Source of the DNA: Rhodothermia bacterium
GTDB taxonomy: Bacteria; Bacteroidota; Rhodothermia; Rhodothermales; JAAAOL01
Assembly: GCA_030428385.1 (NCBI GenBank)
Contig: JAUIDY010000018.1
Span: forward strand, 474-64,473
DNA: 64,000 nt
Reading direction: 5' to 3'
Shown in pieces: positions 27,669 through 37,513 of this stretch (positions are counted from its first letter, which is position 1; each line of letters opens with the position of its first letter). The position numbers and the translations under genes were made by a program. A model generated the notes under the pieces. The model was given only the letters and a program-made list of their open reading frames with translations. It did no database searches and had not been told where the DNA came from.

Positions 27669-28952
27669 ATGGCTCGTGAGTCCAACACAAATCATGTCAC
27701 GACGATTGCCAAGCGCGAAGGCTATGGGGGTAGGGGAGAGATCGTTACGCTAGATGCCGAGGCTAGGCGTCGGCATCTTTACGTTGTGGGAAAATCCGGC
27801 AGCGGCAAATCGACCCTGATCGGCAACATGATCGTGCAGGACATCCACCAGGGGAGAGGCCTTACCTTTTTAGACCCGCACGGGGATCTGGCGCTGGATC
27901 TGTTAGATCAGATTCCACCGGAGCGCATCACCGACGTGCTTTATTTCGACGCGGCGTGTGCGGATTATCCGGTTGGATTTAACCTGCTGGAGAAAAAGCG
28001 GGCAGCCAATCATCTTGTGACATCAAGCGTGATCGACGTGCTGCGCTCAATGTGGCAAGACTCGTGGGGGCCGCGCATGGAATACATCTTGTCCAACGTG
28101 GTTGCAGCGCTTGGTGAGCGGGAGGGGAGTACGCTTTTGGGCGTGCAGAAACTCCTGGTTAATCGGGATTACCGGCAGCACACGCTGCGTTTTGTGCACG
28201 ATCCGATCATCCAGGCCTTCTGGCATCACGAGTTTGACCGGTGGCCGCAGCGATTGCAGCAGGAAGCCATCGCGCCGATTCAGAACAAAGTCGGTCGCAT
28301 CACCGGGCACCCAGTCTTGCGTAATATTGTCGGGCAGGTGCGCTCGACGTTCGACCCGCGCCGGGTGATGGATGAAAAACGGATCGTGATTGTCAACCTC
28401 GCGCGGGGCGTGTTGGGAGCCGATGCTTCCAACCTGCTGGGGTCGCTCCTGGTGGCGGCCTACAGTCTGGCTGCCTTTTCACGCGCCGACACGCCCTCAG
28501 ATCGACGCTCACGGCACAGCCTTTACATTGATGAGGTGCAGCATGTAGGGGCGGGAGCGCTGTCTACGCTGCTTTCAGAGGGCGCTAAGTATGGGGCAGA
28601 GATAATTGCGGCGAACCAGTTCACCTCGCAGCTCGATGAAAGGGTGCGTGATGCCATCTTTGGCAACGTGCAGACCATTATGTCCTTCAGTGTAGGAGCG
28701 AGTGACAGCCTGCATCTGGAGCGTGAGTTCAGCCAGGACGTGAAGCAGCAGCAATTCACCGAGCTTGCCCCCCACGAGGTGTTTATCAAGACAGGAAGCT
28801 TGCCCGAGGAGCGGGTGCCTTTTCGGGCAAGGACGCTTCCAGCGCTCGGTATGTATTACGGCCGTAGCAGATCGGTTGTCGGGCGAAGCAGGACGCAATT
28901 TACGAGGCCAAGACAGAAAGTGGAGGAGAAAATAGCCCGGTTCTTACAATAG
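27669..28952 (+). CDS. VirD4/TraD-like (HerA/FtsK superfamily) ATPase 1, no TM anchor
   Basis: RRHLYVVGKSGSGKS, LDPHGD, LYIDEVQ, ANQFTSQL, IFGNV. Confidence 0.85.
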   Translation: MARESNTNHVTTIAKREGYGGRGEIVTLDAEARRRHLYVVGKSGSGKSTLIGNMIVQDIHQGRGLTFLDPHGDLALDLLDQIPPERITDVLYFDAACADYPVGFNLLEKKRAANHLVTSSVIDVLRSMWQDSWGPRMEYILSNVVAALGEREGSTLLGVQKLLVNRDYRQHTLRFVHDPIIQAFWHHEFDRWPQRLQQEAIAPIQNKVGRITGHPVLRNIVGQVRSTFDPRRVMDEKRIVIVNLARGVLGADASNLLGSLLVAAYSLAAFSRADTPSDRRSRHSLYIDEVQHVGAGALSTLLSEGAKYGAEIIAANQFTSQLDERVRDAIFGNVQTIMSFSVGASDSLHLEREFSQDVKQQQFTELAPHEVFIKTGSLPEERVPFRARTLPALGMYYGRSRSVVGRSRTQFTRPRQKVEEKIARFLQ

Positions 28953-29024
28953 TAAATGAGGTAGGCTTCCGCTATATTGCCGGAAACGTTTACAGACAGA
29001 AATACTGTTTTTCAAAGATAGGGA

Positions 29025-29657
29025 ATGAGCCGTTTTCTCTTTATTATTTTTCTACTCGGCCTTGTTTCATGGCCTCGCTTAGTTTCAGCGCAGTACGGGT
29101 TCGATGTCAAAACACATTTGGCCGACAAACACGAGTTGAAGGTGGTGAAAGAAGGGGTGTTGTATGCCATTGAGGAAGCGCCGTGGGCCACCATGAAAGA
29201 AATAGGGGAGGACTATTCTCTCTGGCTAAAAGGCATACAGCGCCAGCATGCGGGAGACTCCTTGCGCATTTACGTTGATGTGGAGCTTCGTTCGCCTGCA
29301 ATGTTTACCTCCGGCGAACTGATCGGGCGATACAGATCGAGCATTTCATACCACTGGGGGGAGGCTAAAGAATATGCTCAAGAAAGCATTGATACAGACT
29401 TGTTCTTGTCTTCATCCGCTACGGATTATGAAAGCATTTCCGAGGATATGGGACGTATGATCAAGCTGGTTTCTAGTTTTACAGGAGAGCCTATCATAGG
29501 AAATGTGTCCGCCACACTTTTAGCTCAGCTAATAGAATCATTGCCCAGCACCATGCAAGGAAATCCATCTCCCGTCGAGCTTATGGAAAGCATGCTTTTG
29601 GGACACCAGGTGCTCGCTGACCTTGAATCGGTGATTCCTAGTATCCGCTCTTATTGA
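29025..29657 (+). CDS. Exported hypothetical protein
   Basis: Signal peptide ending VSA-Q; 210 aa; hairpin downstream at ~29685-29712. Confidence 0.7.
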   Translation: MSRFLFIIFLLGLVSWPRLVSAQYGFDVKTHLADKHELKVVKEGVLYAIEEAPWATMKEIGEDYSLWLKGIQRQHAGDSLRIYVDVELRSPAMFTSGELIGRYRSSISYHWGEAKEYAQESIDTDLFLSSSATDYESISEDMGRMIKLVSSFTGEPIIGNVSATLLAQLIESLPSTMQGNPSPVELMESMLLGHQVLADLESVIPSIRSY

Positions 29658-29752
29658 TTTTTGCCTGGGTGTTTTGGCGTGAACTTCCATCCTGCTTGGG
29701 ATGGGGATTTTTGACAGGACACTGACCAGATACCAAATCTACGTCTTTTACA

Positions 29753-29992
29753 TTAATCGTCACCGTTGGATACGGGGTCACCATCGTAAGCACGCGCCCC
29801 TTCTTGGGGTCTCCACACGGATTCGCCGTGTTCGAGGACTTCGATCAGGGTGCGACCCTTGTAGCGCATAGAGCGCGGAGCAGGCTGGTTTCCGGTATGA
29901 ACCTGAACCATTTCGGCGGCTCCCGCCAGAAGCTTGTCAAAATTGAAACCCAGAGTTTCTTCTTGCTGGGTTGCTTTGGGTTGGTCAGGCAT
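29753..29992 (-). CDS. Small hypothetical protein
   Basis: 79-aa ATG ORF filling an intergenic gap. Confidence 0.4.
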   Translation of the reverse strand: MPDQPKATQQEETLGFNFDKLLAGAAEMVQVHTGNQPAPRSMRYKGRTLIEVLEHGESVWRPQEGARAYDGDPVSNGDD

Positions 29993-30108
29993 GGTGGAAG
30001 TATTTGAGGTCTTCTATTTCAGTACTCCATTGGGAGAGTGAGGTAGCATAAAAAACAGGCAAGCCGTCCATGTGAAAGTCATTACAGAAGAGGGTGGGGG
30101 AGAAACTC

Positions 30109-30142
30109 TTGACTCCAGATCAAGTACCATTTATTATCTTTG
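30109..30142 (+). promoter_or_regulatory. Promoter upstream of NYN leader
   Basis: TTGACT-17 bp-TATTAT, overlapping a Bacteroidota-type TAnnTTTG (TATCTTTG). Confidence 0.65.
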
Positions 30143-30150
30143 CATACCCC

Positions 30151-30215
30151 CCCTGTTCCTTTCGAGGGCAGGGCGCGAGGCCGCATCGGGAAACCGGTGC
30201 GGTCTCTGCTTTTTT
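30151..30215 (+). ncRNA. Candidate two-hairpin leader RNA/attenuator before NYN RNase
   Basis: UUCG-capped stem 30151-30173; 13-bp GAAA-capped stem 30177-30206; T-tract follows. Confidence 0.55.
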
Positions 30216-30233
30216 ATGCTACGCTGACGCTTT

Positions 30234-30863
30234 ATGAAGCCCCGTACCCACATCTACATTGATGGCTTTAACCTTTTCTATGGTGCTCTCAAAGGCACTC
30301 CTTACAAATGGCTGGATCTAAATCGTCTCTGCGAATTGCTCCTGCCGCACAATGACATACAGTCGATCAAATACTTTACGGCCCGAGTGACGGCGCGATC
30401 AAACAAACCAAACCAAGCCACCAACCAGCAATTCTATCTGCGAGCGCTCCAGACGCTTCCGAACCTGGATATCATCTATGGTCACTTTCTCTCGAATGAA
30501 GTGCGGATGCCTTTAGCCAAACCAATCCGTGGCCAATCAGCAATGGTGAAAGTCATCAAAACCGAAGAGAAAGGGTCGGATGTCAACATCGCAGCTCACC
30601 TCGTGAACGATGCACATAGAGGCCTCTTCGATGTAGCCGTCCTGATTACGAATGATTCAGATCTATTAACTCCCATGCAAATTGTTCAAAGAGAACTTCA
30701 TTTACCTGTAGGTCTCATCAGTCCATACAAACGTATTGCGCACGTCCTGGCACGGGAGGCAGCATTTAAGAAGAAAATCCGAAGCGGGGTGCTCGGAGCG
30801 AGTCAGCTTCCGCACACGCTTCGAGATGGGCAGGGGATGTTCCATAAACCAGCGTCATGGTAG
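30234..30863 (+). CDS. NYN/LabA-like PIN-fold ribonuclease
   Basis: YIDGFNLFY, EEKGSDVNIA, ITNDSDL catalytic acidic motifs. Confidence 0.92.
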   Translation: MKPRTHIYIDGFNLFYGALKGTPYKWLDLNRLCELLLPHNDIQSIKYFTARVTARSNKPNQATNQQFYLRALQTLPNLDIIYGHFLSNEVRMPLAKPIRGQSAMVKVIKTEEKGSDVNIAAHLVNDAHRGLFDVAVLITNDSDLLTPMQIVQRELHLPVGLISPYKRIAHVLAREAAFKKKIRSGVLGASQLPHTLRDGQGMFHKPASW

Positions 30864-30919
30864 AGGACGTAAAATATGACGCAGAGATCATCGTGGCGAA
30901 CCAGTTCTTCTCGCAACTC
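30862..30919 (+). pseudogene. 58-bp relic of a VirD4-like ATPase paralogue
   Basis: 46/58 nt identical to 28577-28634; EDVKYDAEIIVANQFFSQL vs EGAKYGAEIIAANQFTSQL. Confidence 0.7.
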
Positions 30920-31000
30920 TCGATCGTTTTCGGTGAGAGGCTCTGGCTAGACCTATGACCCGAGCCCCTGACACACTAACTAATTGAAACACCCCCGGGC

Positions 31001-31064
31001 CGCGAGGCCACATCGGTTTCCAGATGTGGCCTCAGCATTTTTTGCTACGCCTCTGTGAGGCCCC
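31001..31064 (+). repeat. Diverged second copy of NYN leader hairpin and start region
   Basis: CGCGAGGCCACATC-GGTTTCCA-GATGTGGCCTC AGCATTTTTTGCTACGC...GTGAGGCCCC vs 30174-30243. Confidence 0.75.
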
Positions 31065-31111
31065 AATCATAGACTTCTCCAATTCAGAATCGGAACAAGA
31101 AATCAAAGTAG

Positions 31112-31145
31112 AAAAAAAGCCCCGGCACTAAATAATACCGGGGCT
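31112..31145 (-). terminator. Intrinsic terminator of peptidase operon
   Basis: AGCCCCGG/CCGGGGCT stem with an A7 run on the plus strand. Confidence 0.75.
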
Positions 31146-31166
31146 GTTGGGCGGCAATTGATAAGC

Positions 31167-33407
31167 CTATTTCGTGAGAATCATCCGTTGGGTCTCTACA
31201 TATCCACCAGAGGCCAGTTGGTACATGTAGACACCACTTGGAAGGTTGGTTGCCTCCCAAGACACCTCGTGGTACCCAGCTTCCACCGGGCCATCAATCA
31301 GTTGCGTGACCTCACGACCCATCATGTCGTAGACCACCAGGGAAACATCAGCCGCCTCCGGCAACGCAAAGCGGATTTGTGTGGATGGATTGAACGGGTT
31401 GGGATAGTTGGGAAGCAGTTCAAACCGTGCTGGAGGGAGCGTCTCCTCCGTCATAGCAGGAGCGTCTTCCTCGTTTTTGCACCACTGGCAGGAGGTTTTT
31501 TGCACATAGATCTCATCCTCAGCGGTCTCGCTACCCGCACTAATAACGAGCTTGAGCCTGAAGGAGTCGTCTCCCATCGTGTAATCATAGGATAGGCCGG
31601 TGTCCACTTGCACCCAGGTAGAACTTGTTGCAGGCTCTTTCTTGTACCAGGTATAGCTGGGAGTTCCTTCCCCACCGAGAGCATCGGCGCTCCAAGTTCC
31701 TTGTTGATTATAAGAAAGCGTTGTGGGGCCGGTAATATTGGCAAAGAGTGGAGCATAGACTCCCTTCTGATTGAATTGGTACTCAATCGTGTTGATGTAG
31801 GAACCGCTGGTTTCGACGTAGTCTACCTGCAACATGCCAAGCAGAAAATCACCGAAGGTGGCATCGGAGGAGAGAAGTTGGAGCGTGGATAGGACAAGAT
31901 CATCAGCGTAAGAGCTTGATAGAACGCCCCTTACATCCCAAAGAATCGAGGAGAAGAATTCACCACCCATGTGTGGGTCTTGAAAATCACGTCCACGAAA
32001 CCAGAGAGGATGCTGAGTATTGGTATAATCGTTGTAATCATTAATCTGAGGGTTTGTTACGCTACGCTGCCAACCTGGATAAGTAGAGCGAGCACTAAAT
32101 TCCTGATAGGCGTATTGTCCTTTTAGCGTACGACCAGACCAAGCTGCTGTATAATAATCCGCCACACCTTCATCAATCGCTCCTGCTTCTGAGTATCCTG
32201 TTCCTAGAGAAGAAACACTACTAATGATCGCATGGGTATATTCATGCGAAATCGTCTGGTTGGCACGATTTAGATCATAAACCGTTTTGGAAACGTAACT
32301 TTGGGTAAGGTAATTATAGACGAGTTGATTGTCATTTTGTAAGCCAAGCGTGATTCGATGGGCTCCAGGATTGTAGTTCGCTGATCCTGGAGCTGTCGGA
32401 TCATTGGTGTCAACAAATACCTGCCCTACATAGGGCGATGCAACATTGTTATTAAACCAATTTCTGAATTCGTTGAGATGATAGTAGACATTCGCCTCAT
32501 TAAAACGATATTCATCGCCGTTTATGTCATCAGGATCATATAGAAATTCTAATGACGCATTATAAACGGGTAAATTAGCATAATTTGAGATGGTCAGATC
32601 TTCCGTCTCCACATGTGCATAGGTGCCTTGCAGGTAACCACTTCCATCTAAATTAGTTAGGGTTACTGTAGTCTCACTGGACGTATGGAAAGGGTTTTCG
32701 GGATATGCCTTTCCCGTCCCGTTATCATCCCGCAAATTGTTGCGCTCATCAAGTACCTCTCCGGTAAAGGCATCAACATAGTATGTCCTGTCGTAGGCTG
32801 GACGACGATGCCAAACCGTGACCTTCCACGATAACCGAAAAGATTCTTCATTAGGAAGAATCACGAGCTCGGTTTTGGTCTCATCGGGTACAGGTAGTGG
32901 TGCAAGAGCAACATATGCAACGCTTGTTGCCTGCTGGGCAGAAAGGCGCGGTGTATGCTCAACAGATACATCAGGATGATACGTCCCATTGGCCATGAAC
33001 ACGCGGCCATCTGGAAGGAGGTGCACAAGATATTCAGCACCTTCAACAGGAATGCCGTTCACCGTTTGTTGAAAACGAACATGGTTTCGGCCTGATTCCT
33101 GTTCCTGCTGCACGTTCATAAGCCGCAGCGTAGAAAGGTCGTCAGGTAGGCCAAAGGCCGCACGGAGGTCGTACATGAACTGCCGAGCGGCGACCTCGGG
33201 CCGGGCTCCTTTTGATGTAGAAGTTATCCCTAGGAGATGACTGGGTGTACCGGTGTGAGGATTCCAACGGACTTGCCAATCATTCCCCTGCACCTCGTCA
33301 AAGGCAACCCATGCATCACGTTGCCCAGCATCGGGTACTCGCTGTGCAGAGACTACTTGTGAAGAAAGAAGTAAGAGTAGACAGGTAATGTTTATGAACG
33401 TTCTCAT
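31167..33407 (-). CDS. Secreted M4/M36-like zinc metalloprotease with T9SS C-terminal domain
   Basis: Signal peptide, FTP/PepSY propeptide (HVRFQQ, YVDAFTGEV), HEYTH, GAIDEGVAD, NYPNPFNP CTD. Confidence 0.9.
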   Translation of the reverse strand: MRTFINITCLLLLLSSQVVSAQRVPDAGQRDAWVAFDEVQGNDWQVRWNPHTGTPSHLLGITSTSKGARPEVAARQFMYDLRAAFGLPDDLSTLRLMNVQQEQESGRNHVRFQQTVNGIPVEGAEYLVHLLPDGRVFMANGTYHPDVSVEHTPRLSAQQATSVAYVALAPLPVPDETKTELVILPNEESFRLSWKVTVWHRRPAYDRTYYVDAFTGEVLDERNNLRDDNGTGKAYPENPFHTSSETTVTLTNLDGSGYLQGTYAHVETEDLTISNYANLPVYNASLEFLYDPDDINGDEYRFNEANVYYHLNEFRNWFNNNVASPYVGQVFVDTNDPTAPGSANYNPGAHRITLGLQNDNQLVYNYLTQSYVSKTVYDLNRANQTISHEYTHAIISSVSSLGTGYSEAGAIDEGVADYYTAAWSGRTLKGQYAYQEFSARSTYPGWQRSVTNPQINDYNDYTNTQHPLWFRGRDFQDPHMGGEFFSSILWDVRGVLSSSYADDLVLSTLQLLSSDATFGDFLLGMLQVDYVETSGSYINTIEYQFNQKGVYAPLFANITGPTTLSYNQQGTWSADALGGEGTPSYTWYKKEPATSSTWVQVDTGLSYDYTMGDDSFRLKLVISAGSETAEDEIYVQKTSCQWCKNEEDAPAMTEETLPPARFELLPNYPNPFNPSTQIRFALPEAADVSLVVYDMMGREVTQLIDGPVEAGYHEVSWEATNLPSGVYMYQLASGGYVETQRMILTK

Positions 33408-33439
33408 GGTTCCAGGTGGTTTATGTGAACGGTTTCAGG

Positions 33440-34492
33440 CTAGAACACCGGATCTTCCCAAGACCAGTCGGGAAAATCGGCGGTCGGAATATCGACAACG
33501 CGGCGAAGATCCGTGCCGTCGAGGTTTACTGTGTGGATGTACAGATTGCGGTCGCTTGGGACACGTCCTGTGAAGCGAGAAGAAAAGACAAGCCGTGTGC
33601 CATCCGGTGACCATCGTGGAAAGTCAAAATGCCGCTCATCAGAATGCTCGGTCACCCGGTTTACCTCGCCTGTCGTCAGATCGTAGTAATAAATCTCGAC
33701 GAGCCGCTCTCCTTCGGGTATTCTTCCAAAAGCAATCCTGCATCCATCCGGTGACCACGCAGGCCAGTTCCCCGCCTCGGTCGTTTCAAAGCGGCGCAGG
33801 TTCGTGCCATCCGCGTCCGCAACCAGCAACCGTCGTGAGGTAGTATCCGCCCACGAAAAAGCGATCATCGATCCATCCGGCGAAAGCGTACTCCCACTCA
33901 CATTAAACGGCACCTCTGGCGTTGCCGTAAGCTGAAAAGGCGGCACCGCACCCGTTAGATCGAGAAGAAACTGGAAGGAGACGGGAAAGGGATCACACAG
34001 TTCACAGGCTAAAGCCAACAAAAAGCGATTGTCGGGCGACCAATCACGAACGACACCTGCCATGTGAAAACCGGAGCCATAGTAGTCGGGGACTGCGGGT
34101 TGGATGCTCCCAGATGCATCCATCACATACATCATCGGCCCGATGGTGGTGTCGATGCTATCGGATTGGAACGCGAGCATGGTGCCATCACGCGACCACC
34201 GCGCTTTGGTGCTGTTGTAGTTACCGCTCGTCACCACACGCAGATCAGACCCATCGGGGTTGACGGTATAGAGCCGGGTGTTTTCATCCTCAGCACGGGC
34301 CTGAAATACGATGCGGCCTTCGACGTTGTTAACCGGTTGCGGCGTACAGCCCGCATCGTATAGAGGAAGCCAGTCGAGGGGATGCGTTGTCTCCTCATCA
34401 GGTGGCTCGACGCCGGTGGGGTTTTCTGAGCAGCCCGCGAGGAGGTAGGCTGTGGTAAGCAAGACAAGCAGGAGCAAGCGAAAGTATGACAC
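33440..34492 (-). CDS. TolB-like beta-propeller lipoprotein (PD40 repeats)
   Basis: Lipobox LLAGC; repeated WSPDG motifs. Confidence 0.85.
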   Translation of the reverse strand: MSYFRLLLLVLLTTAYLLAGCSENPTGVEPPDEETTHPLDWLPLYDAGCTPQPVNNVEGRIVFQARAEDENTRLYTVNPDGSDLRVVTSGNYNSTKARWSRDGTMLAFQSDSIDTTIGPMMYVMDASGSIQPAVPDYYGSGFHMAGVVRDWSPDNRFLLALACELCDPFPVSFQFLLDLTGAVPPFQLTATPEVPFNVSGSTLSPDGSMIAFSWADTTSRRLLVADADGTNLRRFETTEAGNWPAWSPDGCRIAFGRIPEGERLVEIYYYDLTTGEVNRVTEHSDERHFDFPRWSPDGTRLVFSSRFTGRVPSDRNLYIHTVNLDGTDLRRVVDIPTADFPDWSWEDPVF

Positions 34493-34789
34493 AGCAGAGA
34501 ACTACGATGGCTATAACAAATAGGGTGTCAAGCGTTGTGCTACGAGTAATGGTAAGAAAGAAAAAAATCGGATATGTAGGCGAGAGGAGGCGCTAACTAT
34601 CTAGTGTTCGCCTATCCACATGTAGGAAGAATCCCTACGTCTCTGCATCAAGAAGAATAGATTGAATTAAGCCTGCTCAAAACAACACCAGCCCGCCAAT
34701 CAGCAATTCTATCAGCGCGCAAAGCAGATGCTTCTGAACCAGCGTTTTGGTAAGTGGTAAGCGGACAAACGGGGGATATTTTTCAGAGA

Positions 34790-35737
34790 TCAAGTTGTAA
34801 GAAGCCGGCTTTGCTTGTCATCACGGGCATTGTTCCATGCATGGTGCAGAGCACCACCAATTGCCTCTTTTTGCGTTGAAAAAAGTAGGTGCTTTCCGTT
34901 CTTACGCGGATAGGGCTGCTCGTCAGTTATTATCTTCGCTGCCTGGATAAAGTGATCCCGTCGCTCTGCACTGGTTGTCAGAAAGAGCGTGCGCACGCCC
35001 GCAACGCCGAAGTGCTTTTTGTGTAAGCCTTGCTTCCACGACTCATGGTACGACATGAGCTTCTTATATATCGACGAGCGGTCTGGATTCGCTGAATGCA
35101 CCGGCATCGTCCCTCGATCCACTTCGACAAAGTAGTACGACGAAGCAATCTTCTCGGGCCTTCCATTTTGCTTCAGGCCGAAGGCTGCGTCCGGCATGAG
35201 TCCTACGTCCTCGGCCCCAAAGTCATACCCCGATATATCCACTCGCCAGGAGAGGGGAGAGGTGCCGGTGAACTCGCGCTGTGGAATAAACGTCACATCG
35301 TTTCGGCTTTTACAATCAACCTCGATGCCGACTAGGAAGTCGGCTACGGCCAATTCATGGGCAAGGAAGAGGCGTCCCACAGATCGATTTTTCCATTGCC
35401 AGTTTACGCTGCCGCGCGGGAGGCCTTTTCTCACGCGCAGGGCCTCCGCGCCCTGGTCTGCCAAGGCATACACCATCGTGCTTTTGCCACCAAAGCGCTG
35501 ATAATCGAGTTGCACTTTGGGGCGGCCCAAGAAGCCCGCGTGGAAGAGTTCTCTAAGGCGGTCGATGAGCCGCTTGCTTCCATAGCCACCCGGCGGGCAC
35601 AGCAAAGAAACCAGATGGTCAGAACGGAGGAATCTCTGCCGGTAGAGATAATCCAGAATCGCGTAATCCCGCTCCGTGAGATGGACGTTCTTTTTCTGTG
35701 GCCCGCGTACAAAGCGCCGCCTTTTCTTCAGAGTCAT
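34790..35737 (-). CDS. Replication-relaxation family protein 1
   Basis: LTERD..IL..LYRQRFL wHTH, HELAVADF, PDAAF...FVEVDRGTM. Confidence 0.85.
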   Translation of the reverse strand: MTLKKRRRFVRGPQKKNVHLTERDYAILDYLYRQRFLRSDHLVSLLCPPGGYGSKRLIDRLRELFHAGFLGRPKVQLDYQRFGGKSTMVYALADQGAEALRVRKGLPRGSVNWQWKNRSVGRLFLAHELAVADFLVGIEVDCKSRNDVTFIPQREFTGTSPLSWRVDISGYDFGAEDVGLMPDAAFGLKQNGRPEKIASSYYFVEVDRGTMPVHSANPDRSSIYKKLMSYHESWKQGLHKKHFGVAGVRTLFLTTSAERRDHFIQAAKIITDEQPYPRKNGKHLLFSTQKEAIGGALHHAWNNARDDKQSRLLTT

Positions 35738-35978
35738 ATACTGGCAGTGTAACAGATGGCCCCACGCTTTTGCGGCTGACATCCTCGCACCGCGAGGCAT
35801 GTGGTTTCCAAGAGGGGAAGCCTGAGGTGTTGATGGAGGCATTCTAGGGGGGCAAGGCGGGGGAGGGTCTACCAAGCGACATGCTACCCGTTGAACGCCA
35901 CGGGGTGACCGAAGCACAGGGTTATGCTACGCTGGGATCGGAATGCTCTTTTTGCTTTAACCAACCCAGACGAAAGCT

Positions 35979-36887
35979 ATGACTTTGCATGCTGCATTCG
36001 ATGCTCAGAGGATAGGAGACGGGGACCTTAATGGCCGCGTCGAGATTGTTCACCAAGACCGTCCGCATGGCCCTGTGCTTCACACCGCAGATGCCCTAGA
36101 GGACCTCTTCACCAGCCAGCGCTGGATGCCCTCCAACCGGCGAAGCCGCATTGCGTACCCAGCGCCGCAAGAACTGGTCGTGCCATTCCTAAAGCGTCTC
36201 GAACCGCTCCATGATCTGGGCATCGACCTTCATGTCGAAACGTCGCATCCAACCTCGGTGCAAGACCCCGCGACCGAAGAGGTGCGCACCGCCGTTGGTC
36301 GTTTTTTGGTCGAAGCACGCATTGGAAGACACGATGAAACCGACCACCAGCAGGTCATTGGTTTCGTGGCAGCGCTCGACATTAAAGTGCCAGAGGTGCA
36401 GGTCTACTACGGCCGTAACGCCAAGGCCTGTATAAACCTTGCCATCTTCCGCCGGGATCACTATGCCAAGGAGAGCCTCCTTACGGGCGGCGAAGATGTC
36501 ATTTTTGCCATGACCGAACGCTTCGTGAGTGGCTTTGGCAGCGACGAACGTACGTTCATCGAACACGTAAACCGCCTCAAGGAAACAGTATGGAACGAGG
36601 CGCAGATCAACGAACGGGTGGGGCGGCTCTACCGGCGTTTTCTAACACGCGGCAACCTGACCCAGACGCTCAACTATGCGATCAAACTTCTCAGTGAGCC
36701 CAACAGCCGCTACGCCATAAATCCCGACGGCACAACAACTGCCTGGAACTTCTTTTCTGCCATGACCCAGTACGTTACCGATAAGGCGTACCTGAACACA
36801 AAGGCGGAGAAGACGCTTCAGATTGCCGAAGAGGTGTGCGCAGACCTACTGGGACTGGCCTTCGATGGGCAGGCTGATCCTACATGA
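35979..36887 (+). CDS. DUF932-like phage/plasmid protein
   Basis: ACINLAIF and TAWNFFSAMT resemble the DUF932 C.N and T.W..YNA.T motifs. Confidence 0.55.
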   Translation: MTLHAAFDAQRIGDGDLNGRVEIVHQDRPHGPVLHTADALEDLFTSQRWMPSNRRSRIAYPAPQELVVPFLKRLEPLHDLGIDLHVETSHPTSVQDPATEEVRTAVGRFLVEARIGRHDETDHQQVIGFVAALDIKVPEVQVYYGRNAKACINLAIFRRDHYAKESLLTGGEDVIFAMTERFVSGFGSDERTFIEHVNRLKETVWNEAQINERVGRLYRRFLTRGNLTQTLNYAIKLLSEPNSRYAINPDGTTTAWNFFSAMTQYVTDKAYLNTKAEKTLQIAEEVCADLLGLAFDGQADPT

Positions 36888-36967
36888 GGCCACATTTTTC
36901 AAGACCTACGGTGCCACCCGTGGGTCTTTTTCCCCACGGTGCTATTTGCGTGGCCACAGGGGTGTGT

Positions 36968-37444
36968 TTACCAGGCTTTGAGTACGTCTTTGATCCCTTT
37001 CTCGTCGAGATCGGTGTTTTCAAGCAGGTCTTGTACCGCATCCATGACGGCAAGGTGAACAACCGTATTAAAAAGGTGGCTTATGTCGTCTCTCAAATAA
37101 TCTTCAGACCTTAACCGATAGTCGTCGTCAGTCTTAAGTTTTCGCATCCAAAGGAGCCGTCTCAAGGCTAGATATTTTCCAAAATCCCATGCTCCGATAA
37201 CGATGGCTGCATGCTGGTTGGTGCCTCTAACGACCAGACACTTGCGGGAAATCCCCTTGCCCTTGCCCGTAAGGAGCCCCACTTTCTCGGCAAAAACCTC
37301 GTACCCACACGAAATACCACCCACGTCAATGTCATTGAGGTGGGTGATTACGTATTCATAGAATTGATCCCTCATTCCGCGGGCTCCGTAGATTAGTTGC
37401 CCCCATTCATTGAGGATGTCCCGGTTGTTTAGCGCCTCTGGCAT
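36968..37444 (-). CDS. Hypothetical protein
   Basis: 158-aa ORF downstream of relaxase 2 in the same orientation. Confidence 0.65.
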   Translation of the reverse strand: MPEALNNRDILNEWGQLIYGARGMRDQFYEYVITHLNDIDVGGISCGYEVFAEKVGLLTGKGKGISRKCLVVRGTNQHAAIVIGAWDFGKYLALRRLLWMRKLKTDDDYRLRSEDYLRDDISHLFNTVVHLAVMDAVQDLLENTDLDEKGIKDVLKAW

Positions 37445-37513
37445 GCGTCTAGGTTAGCTGGTGGAAAGGCCTGACTTAATAATAGACACAAATGGGAGGG
37501 AAGTATAACCTTT

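Noticed and set aside
28577-30919. 58-bp imperfect repeat pair as a DGR template/variable region
   Set aside because: Mismatches are not adenine-specific and no reverse transcriptase is present
35738-35917. 60-aa N-terminal extension of relaxase 1
   Set aside because: Pro-rich read-through of a likely regulatory gap; the paralogue starts near the TERD motif
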